Source: Acaryochloris thomasi RCC1774 (lineage in GTDB: Bacteria; Cyanobacteriota; Cyanobacteriia; Thermosynechococcales; Thermosynechococcaceae). Taken from it: 32,000 nt of DNA. Positions within the stretch are counted from its first letter, which is position 1; every line of letters begins with the position of its first letter. Below are positions 9,815 through 17,832 of this stretch, in pieces. The translations under genes and the position numbers were made by a program. A model generated the notes under the pieces. It ran no database searches and had not been told where the DNA came from. It worked only from the letters and a program-made list of their open reading frames with translations. The DNA is taken from the NCBI RefSeq assembly GCF_003231495.1, contig NZ_PQWO01000004.1, positions 360,001 to 392,000 on the forward strand, written 5' to 3'.

Positions 9815-11328
9815 TGTTTGAAGCTGTATTTGCCATCCTGATTTTATTGGGAACTGGGACAGGCGCGGGTGCTCTCGTTATTCGCAATCTCTACTACATT
9901 TGTCAGCCCAGTGAAGTCCTTATTTTTGCGGGAAGTTCTCGCCAATCACCCGATGGACGACGGGTTGGCTATCGCTTGGTCAAAGGAGGCAGCAGCATTC
10001 GTGTGCCTTTGCTAGAGCGGGCGCTGCGGATGGATTTGACCAATATGATTATTGAGCTGCGCGTCTCGAATGCTTACTCTAAGGGCGGCATTCCGCTGAA
10101 GGTGGATGGGGTTGCCAATATCAAAATTGCGGGTGAAGAACCCACCATTCACAATGCCATTGAACGCTTGCTGGGCAAAACCCGTAATGAAATTGAGCAA
10201 ATTGCTAAAGAAACGCTAGAGGGCAATCTTCGGGGAGTTTTAGCCAGTCTGACACCGGAGCAGGTGAACGAAGATAAACTTGCCTTTGCTCAGAGCCTAC
10301 TCGAAGAGGCTGAAGATGATTTAGAGCAGTTGGGACTTGTCCTGGATACGCTGCAAATTCAAAATATCTCTGACGATGTAAGATTTTTAGATTCTATTGG
10401 TCGCAAGCAACAGGCCGATCTTCAACGAGATGCCCGCATTTCAGAAGCAGAGACTCAGGCTGAATCGGCGATTCGGACGGCTGAGAACGAGAGAATTACT
10501 GCGCTGAAGCGTTTAGATCGTGACATTGGCGTGGCCCGTGCAGAAGCTGAACGCCGGATTCAAAACGCTCTTACCCAGCGTGGAGCGGTGGTGGCGGAAG
10601 TCGAGGCTGAGGTTGCTTCTGAACTGGTGCGAATTGAGTCTGAGGTGCCGGTACAGCAGGAGCGGATTAAGCAGGTAACTCAACAGCTTCAGGCAGATGT
10701 GGTAGCCCCGGCAGAGGCTGCTTGTAAACGTGCGATCGCACAGGCCCAGGGTAATGCTTCTCAGATCATCGAAGACGGTAAAGCCCAGGCTGAAGGTACA
10801 CAGCGACTGGCCGAATCCTGGCAAACGGCTGGATCTGCGGCCCGTGATATCTTTTTGCTGCAAAAGCTAGAAGTGCTGCTGACAACGCTTTCTTCCACTG
10901 TGCCAGAGGTTGAGATCGAAAACGTTACGGTTGTCGATGCTATGGGTGGCGGTGCTGCGACTAAGTCGGCTGCTTTCATTGAGCAGTTGCGGCACACGAC
11001 AGGTATTGATGTTGTGGGTGCTGTTCAAGGGATGACCGGTTCTACTCCGTCTGCTCTGAATCCCCAAGGTCAGCTCAGCGAACGGGATTTTCTATCGCTG
11101 CGAGAGGATATACAAGGCATTCTCGATCGCATCGCTGAAGCTCGGCTCGGTAGCGAGCAAACAGAGGAAACGGTGAAAATTGCGCTCAAGGCTGATACGA
11201 CCCTGCAGGGCCGTCTTAAGCGAGCGGTTCAGGCGGGTGGAGAAGCTGCCGTTGAGGCACTGTTTGAACACCCCGTGATTAATATTCCCAATCGCATTAT
11301 TGAGGCTTGGGTTCGAGAAAACGGATGA
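9814..11328 (+). CDS. flotillin-like SPFH/Band-7 protein, paralog 2
   Basis: 504 aa. It has an N-terminal hairpin/TM, an SPFH domain collinear with paralog 1 (AYSKGGIPLKVDGVANIKI...ETLEGNLRGVLASLTPEQVNEDK...), coiled-coil EA-rich repeats, and a ~100 aa C-terminal extension. Its ATG shares one base with the paralog 1 stop (TAATG). Confidence 0.9.
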   Translation: MFEAVFAILILLGTGTGAGALVIRNLYYICQPSEVLIFAGSSRQSPDGRRVGYRLVKGGSSIRVPLLERALRMDLTNMIIELRVSNAYSKGGIPLKVDGVANIKIAGEEPTIHNAIERLLGKTRNEIEQIAKETLEGNLRGVLASLTPEQVNEDKLAFAQSLLEEAEDDLEQLGLVLDTLQIQNISDDVRFLDSIGRKQQADLQRDARISEAETQAESAIRTAENERITALKRLDRDIGVARAEAERRIQNALTQRGAVVAEVEAEVASELVRIESEVPVQQERIKQVTQQLQADVVAPAEAACKRAIAQAQGNASQIIEDGKAQAEGTQRLAESWQTAGSAARDIFLLQKLEVLLTTLSSTVPEVEIENVTVVDAMGGGAATKSAAFIEQLRHTTGIDVVGAVQGMTGSTPSALNPQGQLSERDFLSLREDIQGILDRIAEARLGSEQTEETVKIALKADTTLQGRLKRAVQAGGEAAVEALFEHPVINIPNRIIEAWVRENG

Positions 11329-12140
11329 AGAAAGACGCAGCCTATTTGCGCCAAAAAAAGCAGAACGGTCAAAAAATTGTCTCCCTCACTTGCTATGACT
11401 ACCCCACTGCTGTTCTAGAGGAGCAAGCGGGGGTCGATCTAATCATTGTGGGAGACAGCGTTGGCACCAATGTATTGGGCTACGCCAGTGAGCAGGAGGT
11501 GACTTTGGCAGATATTGCCCACCATCTACGGGCCGTCTGTCGAGGGGCTTCTGAGCCTTATATTTTGGCTGATCTGCCCTTTGGTACCTATGAAACCCCT
11601 CAGCAAGCGCTCAAGAATGCTGAGTACTTGCTGGCACAGGGGGCTGACATTGTGAAGCTAGAGGGGATGCCGGTAGAGGTCGTCCAGCATTTGATTGCCC
11701 ACGACATTCCCCTTTGCGGTCATTTGGGGTTGCTTCCTCAAACCCATATCAAGAAGGCGGTGCAGGGGAAGCGCTTTGATCAGGCGAAAGCTCTCGTCGA
11801 AGATGCTCTGCGGCTTGAGCAGTTGGGAATCTTGATGCTAGTTCTGGAGTTAATTCCTGAAGAGCTGGGGCAGATCGTTACTGAGAAGCTAAAGATTCCC
11901 ACAATTGGCATTGGGGCTGGTCGGCACACGGATGGGCAGGTACTGATTGTTAATGACATTCTCGGCATTACGCCGCGTAAGTTTCGGCTGGCGAAGAAGT
12001 ATCAAGATTATCAGGGGCTGACGCTGCAAACCCTGCAGAAGTATGGTCACGACGTAGAGCAGGTCATCTTCCCAGAAGAATCAAATGTTAGCCACATGGC
12101 TGCAGAGGAGCTGCAGCAGTTGAGAGATTGGCTAGCGTAA
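11325..12140 (+). CDS. panB: 3-methyl-2-oxobutanoate hydroxymethyltransferase (ketopantoate hydroxymethyltransferase)
   Basis: MKKDAAYLRQKKQNGQKIVSLTCYDYPTAVLEEQAGVDLIIVGDSVGTNVLGY...KLEG...IGIGAG...DGQVLI are classic PanB motifs. The ATG at 11325 overlaps the flotillin-2 stop (ATGA). The track start at 11307 is an upstream non-ATG codon. Confidence 0.9.
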   Translation: MKKDAAYLRQKKQNGQKIVSLTCYDYPTAVLEEQAGVDLIIVGDSVGTNVLGYASEQEVTLADIAHHLRAVCRGASEPYILADLPFGTYETPQQALKNAEYLLAQGADIVKLEGMPVEVVQHLIAHDIPLCGHLGLLPQTHIKKAVQGKRFDQAKALVEDALRLEQLGILMLVLELIPEELGQIVTEKLKIPTIGIGAGRHTDGQVLIVNDILGITPRKFRLAKKYQDYQGLTLQTLQKYGHDVEQVIFPEESNVSHMAAEELQQLRDWLA

Positions 12141-12190
12141 GCAATCATCCTTAAAATTTCACGCTTTGGCTCCGACCAAGAGAGCTGCTG

Positions 12191-12224
12191 GCCCCATCGT
12201 GGTATTGACGCGATGGGGTCATTT
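12191..12224 (+). terminator. putative intrinsic terminator after panB
   Basis: CCCCATCG (12191-12198) pairs perfectly with CGATGGGG (12210-12217) around an 11-nt loop and is followed by TCATTTT. It lies about 50 nt after the panB stop. Confidence 0.45.
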
Positions 12225-12356
12225 TCGTCAGAGGCTCCCTCTTCATTCAGCCAGATCAGACGGAATCAGGGCTTTGCACAGAGAGATGGGTACACATCAG
12301 GGAATTGAAACGAGTCGCAACGCTCCTCGCTGTCACAACATGCTGTCCTCTGCATC

Positions 12357-12389
12357 AAGTTAGCCACAAGTCAGCCATAAGTTAGCCTT
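12357..12389 (+). promoter_or_regulatory. three phased 11-bp direct repeats (AAGTyAGCCnn) at the 5' edge of duplication unit 1
   Basis: The sequence is AAGTTAGCCAC AAGTCAGCCAT AAGTTAGCCTT. It is conserved at the equivalent place in unit 2. One helical turn of phasing suggests a protein-binding array. Its function is unknown. Confidence 0.3.
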
Positions 12390-12585
12390 TCTTGGCCCTG
12401 AACGTAGCCTTCTGCAGAGTCTAATCGAATTAGTCGAGGGCAGTTGACATTGGCAAGCCTGGATTTTTCATCCGGGTTCCAGTCTTCAACCCGAGCGGCA
12501 ATGCGTTCAGCGACTTATAACCCCCAACAGCAATGCAAATGGGGTTTGCGTGATTCACAAATTGATTCTAGAGAAGGAAATAATC

Positions 12586-14490
12586 ATGGTGACATTTCAA
12601 GATGCAACTAACTTCGATGTGGGCAATAATCCACAGTCAGTAGCCTTCGGAGACCTTAATGGGGATGGCAACCTGGATCTGGTAGCCGCTAACGCCTTTG
12701 ATGATACTGTCTCCGTGCTACTGGGCGATGGCAATGGGGGGTTCGCGCCTCAATCAACCTTCGCAGTCGGAGATTTACCAACGGACGTCGCCATTGGGGA
12801 CTTCAATGGAGATGGAAATGCCGACCTCGTGACGACGAACTTGGATGATGACACGATCTCCGTGCTGTTGGGCGATGGCAGTGGAGGCTTTGCCCCTCAA
12901 GCGACCTTCGCCGTGGGAGATGTTCCAGAGCAAGTCGCTATCGGGGACTTCAATGGAGATGGAAATGCCGACCTCGTAACGACAAACGAGTTAGATGACA
13001 CGGTCTCAGTACTGTTGGGCGATGGCAATGGGGGGTTCGCGCCTCAATTGACCTTCGCAGTCGGAGATCTTCCAGAGCAAGTCGTTATTGGGGACTTTAA
13101 TGGAGATGGAAACTTAGATCTGGTGACGGCTAACGAGAACGATGACACTGTCTCCGTGCTGTTGGGCGATGGCAATGGGGGGTTCGCGCCTCAATCGACC
13201 TTCGCAGTCGGAGAGGAGCCAGAGTCAGTCGCCATCGGAGACTTCAATGGAGATGGAAACTTAGATCTGGTGACGGCTAACGAGAACGATGACACTGTCT
13301 CCGTGCTGCTGGGCGATGGTAATGGAGGGTTTGCGCCTCAATCGACCTTCGCAGCGGGCCATAGGGCATTCGAAGTCACAGTCGGCGATTTGAATGGGGA
13401 TGGCAACTTAGATCTAGTCACGACAAGCCTGCAGGACAATAACGCATCAATACTATTGGGCGATGGTAATGGGGGCTTCGGGGCACCATCAACCTTTGCG
13501 GTGGGAGATCGACCATTTGCAGTCGTTGCAGAGGACTTGGATAGCGATGGCGACTTGGATTTGGTGATTGCTAATGCGGACGATGATAACGTCTCAGTAT
13601 TTTTCAACGATCTCAACATCCAAGGTGACGCAGGCAATGACCTCCTGATAGGCAACGGAGATAACAACGAACTCTCTGGCGGCAACGGCAATGACACCCT
13701 CGAAGGCGGCGCAGGCAATGACACCCTCAATGGCCAAGGCAACAGCGATGAACTCTTCGGCCAAGGGGGCAATGACCTCCTCAATGGCGGCAACGGCAAT
13801 GACCTCCTAGAGGGCGGGAATGGTAACGACACCCTCAACGGCCAAGGCAACAGCGATGAAATCTTCGGCCAAGGTGGCAATGACCTCCTCAATGGCGGCA
13901 CGGGTAATGACACCCTCATAGGCGGCAATGGTAACGACACCCTTAACGGCCAGGGCAATAGCGATGAGATTCTCGGTCAAGGCGGCAATGACCTCCTCAA
14001 TGGGGGAGTTGGTAATGACACCCTCATCGGTGGTGCGGGGAGTGACATCCTCAATGGTCAGGACAACAGCGATGAGCTACTGGGTCAAGGTGGCAATGAC
14101 CTCCTCAATGGTGGGAATGGTAATGATACCCTCATAGGCGGCGCGGGTCGTGACACCCTCATCGGCGGTGCGGGCAGAGATGCACTCTTTGGCAGCGCTG
14201 GTAATGACATCCTCGTTGGCGGCGCTGGCGACGATGAACTCACGGGTGGCGGCGGCAACGACACGTTCATCTTCGAGGACAACAACGGGGCCAATATCAT
14301 CCTCGACTTCGCGGCTGCCGAGGTGATCGATCTTGCGGGTATCAGCGGCATCTCTGACGCCACGGACCTGTTCAATAATCACATCACGTCAGTGGGCGGC
14401 AATGCAGTGATCGACGATCTGGCCGGGACAACGATCACTCTGGATTCGTTCGACGTTAATGACCTCAGCGCTGACAACTTTGTGTTTTGA
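12586..14490 (+). CDS. FG-GAP (VCBS/integrin-alpha type) 7-blade propeller + RTX calcium-binding repeat protein, copy 1 (likely T1SS substrate)
   Basis: It has seven 49-aa repeats of the form F[43 protein letters not shown]. About 25 GGxGxDxLx nonapeptides follow. There is no N-terminal signal peptide, and the C-terminus is ...[10 protein letters not shown] prefer the ATG at 12586, preceded by GAGAAGGAAA, over the track GTG at 12550. Confidence 0.9.
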   Translation: MVTFQDATNFDVGNNPQSVAFGDLNGDGNLDLVAANAFDDTVSVLLGDGNGGFAPQSTFAVGDLPTDVAIGDFNGDGNADLVTTNLDDDTISVLLGDGSGGFAPQATFAVGDVPEQVAIGDFNGDGNADLVTTNELDDTVSVLLGDGNGGFAPQLTFAVGDLPEQVVIGDFNGDGNLDLVTANENDDTVSVLLGDGNGGFAPQSTFAVGEEPESVAIGDFNGDGNLDLVTANENDDTVSVLLGDGNGGFAPQSTFAAGHRAFEVTVGDLNGDGNLDLVTTSLQDNNASILLGDGNGGFGAPSTFAVGDRPFAVVAEDLDSDGDLDLVIANADDDNVSVFFNDLNIQGDAGNDLLIGNGDNNELSGGNGNDTLEGGAGNDTLNGQGNSDELFGQGGNDLLNGGNGNDLLEGGNGNDTLNGQGNSDEIFGQGGNDLLNGGTGNDTLIGGNGNDTLNGQGNSDEILGQGGNDLLNGGVGNDTLIGGAGSDILNGQDNSDELLGQGGNDLLNGGNGNDTLIGGAGRDTLIGGAGRDALFGSAGNDILVGGAGDDELTGGGGNDTFIFEDNNGANIILDFAAAEVIDLAGISGISDATDLFNNHITSVGGNAVIDDLAGTTITLDSFDVNDLSADNFVF

Positions 14491-14645
14491 TGTCTGCCTC
14501 TCCGGGTGGCAAGTGTTACCTGGGGCGGAGATGTGTCCAACAGCGGGTTTTGTTGCCAGAAATCATGGAGAGAGAGGATTTGATTTGGGCTGCGAAAATC
14601 ATCTCCAATTGCCCAGAACCGAACCTCGTCCAAACTTGCATCCTT

Positions 14646-14678
14646 AACTTAGCCACAAGTTAGCCATAAGTTAGCCTT
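14646..14678 (+). promoter_or_regulatory. three phased 11-bp direct repeats, unit 2 copy
   Basis: The sequence is AACTTAGCCAC AAGTTAGCCAT AAGTTAGCCTT, homologous to 12357-12389. Confidence 0.3.
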
Positions 14679-14862
14679 TCTTGGCCCTGAAGGTAGCCAT
14701 CTGCAGAGTCTAATCAAATTAGTCGAGGGCAGTTGATATTGACGAGCCTGAATTTTTCATCCGGGGTCAAATCTGCGACCCGAGCGGTAAATTACCCCCA
14801 GAAGCAATGCAGATGGGGTTTGAGTGATTCACAAAAAATTGATTCTAGAGAAGGAAATTATC

Positions 14863-16767
14863 ATGGCGACATTTCAAGAGGCAGCTAACTTCGATGTGGG
14901 CGATAGACCAGAGTCAGTCGCCATCGGGGACTTGAATGGGGATGGCAACTTAGATCTGGTGACGTCTAACCAGAATGATGGCACTGTCTCAGTACTATTG
15001 GGCGATGGTCGTGGTGGTTTTGCGCCTCAATCTACCTTTACGGTGGGAGATGACCCAGAAGACGTCGCCATCGGGGACTTTAATGGAGATGGCAATTTGG
15101 ATCTGGTGACGTCTAACGAGAGTGATGACACTGTCTCAGTGCTGTTGGGGGATGGCAGTGGTGGTTTTGCGCCTCAATCTACCTTTGCGGTGGGAGATTC
15201 TCCAGAGTCAGTTGCCATCGGGGACTTAGATGGAGATGGCAACTTAGATTTGGTGGCGGCTAACGAGGATGATGACACAGTCTCAGTGCTGCTGGGGGAT
15301 GGCAATGGAGGATTTGCACCTCAATTGACCTTTGCGGTGGGAGATGAGCCAGAGTCAGTCGCCATCGGAGACTTAGATGGAGATGGCAACTTAGATTTGG
15401 TGGCGGCTAACGAGGATGATGACACAGTCTCAGTGCTGTTGGGCGATGGTAACGGAGGATTTGCACCTCAATTGACCTTTGCGGTGGGAGATGAGCCAGA
15501 GACAGTCGCCATCGGAGACTTTGATGGAGATGGCAACTTAGATCTGGTGACAGCAAATGAGACGAGTGCCGATGTCTCCGTGCTATTGGGCGATGGTAAT
15601 GGTGGTTTTTCGCCTCAATCTACCTTTGCTGCGGGAGGTAGTGTATTCTCCGTCACAGTCGGTGACTTGAATGGGGATGGCAACTTAGATCTGGCCACTG
15701 CGAACCTGGTAGACGAGAACGTCTCAGTACTGTTAGGTGATGGTAATGGGGGCTTTGGGGCGCCATCTACCTTTGCGGTGGGAAATGAACCATTCTCAAT
15801 CGTCGCAGAAGACTTAGATCGCGATGGCGACTTGGATCTAGTGACTGCTAACGATATTGACGATAACGTCTCGATATTATTCAACGATCTCAACATCCGC
15901 GGTGACGAGGGCAATGACAACCTGGTGGGCAACGGTGATGACAACGAACTCTCCGGCGAGAACGGCAACGACACCCTCGAAGGCGGCGCGGGCAATGACA
16001 CCCTCAATGGACAGGGCAACAGCGATGAACTCTTCGGCCAAAGCGGCAATGACCTCCTCAATGGCGGCAACGGCAACGACCTCCTTGAGGGCGGGAATGG
16101 TAATGACACCCTCAATGGCCAAGGCAACAGCGATGAACTCTTCGGTCAAGGTGGCAATGACCTCCTCAATGGTGGAACGGGTAATGACACCCTCATAGGC
16201 GGCACGGGCAGTGACACCCTCAACGGCCAGGGCAACAGCGATGAGATTCTCGGTCAAGGTGGCAATGACCTCCTCAATGGTGGAGTTGGTAATGACACCC
16301 TCATCGGTGGTGCGGGGAGTGACATCCTCAATGGTCAGGACAACAGCGATGAGCTCCTCGGTCAAGGTGGCAATGACCTGCTCAATGGCGGGAATGGTAA
16401 CGACACCCTGATCGGCGGCGCGGGTCGTGACACCCTCATCGGCGGTGCGGGCAGAGATGTACTCTTTGGCAGCGCTGGTAATGACATCCTCGTTGGCGGC
16501 GCTGGCGACGATGAACTCACGGGCGGCGGCGGCAACGACACGTTCATCTTTGAGGACAACAACGGAGCCAATATCATCCTTGACTTCGCGTCTGCCGAGG
16601 TGATCGATCTCGCGGGCATCAGCGGCATCTCTGACGCTGCGGACCTGTTCAATAATCACATTACGTCAGTGGGCGGCAATGCGGTGATTAACGATCTGGC
16701 CGGTACAACGATCACGCTGGATTCGTTTGACGTTAATGACCTCAGCGCCGACAACTTCGTGTTTTGA
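14863..16767 (+). CDS. FG-GAP 7-blade propeller + RTX calcium-binding repeat protein, copy 2
   Basis: Same architecture as copy 1. The ATG at 14863 is preceded by GAGAAGGAAA. The C-terminal ~130 aa differ from copy 1 at about 4 residues. Confidence 0.9.
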   Translation: MATFQEAANFDVGDRPESVAIGDLNGDGNLDLVTSNQNDGTVSVLLGDGRGGFAPQSTFTVGDDPEDVAIGDFNGDGNLDLVTSNESDDTVSVLLGDGSGGFAPQSTFAVGDSPESVAIGDLDGDGNLDLVAANEDDDTVSVLLGDGNGGFAPQLTFAVGDEPESVAIGDLDGDGNLDLVAANEDDDTVSVLLGDGNGGFAPQLTFAVGDEPETVAIGDFDGDGNLDLVTANETSADVSVLLGDGNGGFSPQSTFAAGGSVFSVTVGDLNGDGNLDLATANLVDENVSVLLGDGNGGFGAPSTFAVGNEPFSIVAEDLDRDGDLDLVTANDIDDNVSILFNDLNIRGDEGNDNLVGNGDDNELSGENGNDTLEGGAGNDTLNGQGNSDELFGQSGNDLLNGGNGNDLLEGGNGNDTLNGQGNSDELFGQGGNDLLNGGTGNDTLIGGTGSDTLNGQGNSDEILGQGGNDLLNGGVGNDTLIGGAGSDILNGQDNSDELLGQGGNDLLNGGNGNDTLIGGAGRDTLIGGAGRDVLFGSAGNDILVGGAGDDELTGGGGNDTFIFEDNNGANIILDFASAEVIDLAGISGISDAADLFNNHITSVGGNAVINDLAGTTITLDSFDVNDLSADNFVF

Positions 16768-16800
16768 TGTCTGCCTCTCCGGGTGGCAAGCGCCACCTGG

Positions 16801-16851
16801 GATTAGATCTGACAGCGAATGCATCACACTCATTTGCTGTCAGATCTAATC
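16801..16851. terminator. perfect 16-bp inverted repeat (hairpin) between convergent genes
   Basis: GATTAGATCTGACAGC, a 19-nt loop, then GCTGTCAGATCTAATC. It sits between the RTX copy 2 stop (16767) and the stop of the minus-strand membrane protein (16855). There is no U tract, so it could be a bidirectional terminator or an RNA-stabilising hairpin. Confidence 0.45.
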
Positions 16852-16854
16852 AAT

Positions 16855-17694
16855 TCATGGCTCAGGTTTTAGAGGTTTAGGCGCACGCAGCTCTTGAATC
16901 GCAAGATAGCCTCCTAATGCCCCAAAAACAAGGAAGGCAAACTGCCAAAACCAAGGCCAGATAGTATTCCAAGCCAATTTGTTCACCTGTTGATCGACTA
17001 GCCAGTTTCCTGATGCGATCGCAACCCCAAGAAATGCCTGCGTGACGCCTAGGGCGATGCGTCCGACATGTGTAGAGTGAGCGCCTAGCAGTCCCATCCC
17101 TAACGCACCCCCAAGAAATACACCGCTGTACAAGTGTGAATGAAACGAATCTAAGGGCCACATCCAGAACTGCATACCCAACAGCGGTGCCAGAAGCAGA
17201 CCCAGGCCAGACAGGCTGAGAAAGATCGCCTGAAACTGATATAGCTTAACGAAGCGCACTAAACCCCCTGAGTGCAACAGGTAGTGGCGTAATCGCCAGC
17301 AGTAGAACAGACCAACAGCGCTATCTGCCCCGTATAGGAAAAACCAGATAGACGAGGACTTGCGAGCTAGAAAGCTGCTGCGATATCCCATCGACACCAA
17401 CAGAAAGTAAGTCGTGAAGCAGGTAAAGATGGGCAGCACTAATTGCAGATTGTCCATTCGGGGGCGAATGAGATAGCTGATTAATGGAATCGCAGCGCTG
17501 AGATAAACCGCACCTAGCAGCCGAGTGTTAAAAGGTGCCAGTGACCAGGGCCAATAACCTTGGGCTATCCCAGGTGCAAAGAACAAAGTTCCCCCCACGC
17601 CCAGCAATAGCAGAGTAGAAATTAACCAGGTCATCCACAACACTTGGAGTCCTGACGCTGCGGTCCGATCATCACTCATGTCATGAATTTGCAT
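16855..17694 (-). CDS. polytopic membrane protein, unknown function
   Basis: 279 aa with about 8 hydrophobic helices. The two halves share a W-P-W/W-M-W-P-L ... F-N/F-H ... L-x-G-A-V-Y/G-V-F-L pattern, suggesting an internal duplication. I recognise no family. Confidence 0.65.
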   Translation of the reverse strand: MQIHDMSDDRTAASGLQVLWMTWLISTLLLLGVGGTLFFAPGIAQGYWPWSLAPFNTRLLGAVYLSAAIPLISYLIRPRMDNLQLVLPIFTCFTTYFLLVSMGYRSSFLARKSSSIWFFLYGADSAVGLFYCWRLRHYLLHSGGLVRFVKLYQFQAIFLSLSGLGLLLAPLLGMQFWMWPLDSFHSHLYSGVFLGGALGMGLLGAHSTHVGRIALGVTQAFLGVAIASGNWLVDQQVNKLAWNTIWPWFWQFAFLVFGALGGYLAIQELRAPKPLKPEP

Positions 17695-17832
17695 CGAATA
17701 GCTGACCTCGGAAATATGCGTGTATGCAGGCTAAAAAATTCTGCCACCAAGATTGAAACAGCCACTGATGACAGTGTCTTCATATCTATCCTTACAATGC
17801 CAGATATCGTCGTTTAAAAAATCAAGGAAATT

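Larger units (their letters stand above)
12357..16800 (+). repeat. tandem duplication, 2 x ~2.28 kb (leader + FG-GAP/RTX gene + 3' hairpin)
   Basis: The ATG-to-ATG (12586 to 14863) and stop-to-stop (14490 to 16767) distances are both 2277 nt. The upstream leaders (12357-12585 vs 14646-14862) and about 45 nt after each stop are also homologous. Confidence 0.9.

Noticed and set aside
12166-12363. 65-aa plus-strand ORF between panB and the RTX duplication
   Set aside because: It starts at a non-ATG codon, runs through the predicted panB terminator hairpin, and has an Arg/His/Ser-rich, non-protein-like composition.
13338-14382. Long antisense and out-of-frame ORFs across RTX copy 1 (13338..13958-, 13928..14137+, 14077..14382-, 14085..14375-)
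   Set aside because: They arise because the GGxGxD codon periodicity leaves other frames and the opposite strand free of stops. The products are monotonous (PLPP/SLP or VIT/AA repeats), and the sense-frame protein has a complete, recognisable architecture.
14379-14647. ORFs 14379..14633(-) and 14459..14647(+) in the spacer between the two RTX genes
   Set aside because: They overlap the copy 1 3' end and the inter-unit spacer. No equivalent ORF exists after copy 2, and I recognise no motifs.
15615-16659. Antisense and out-of-frame ORFs across RTX copy 2, including a 260-aa minus-strand frame (15877..16659)
   Set aside because: Same repeat-induced artefact as in copy 1.
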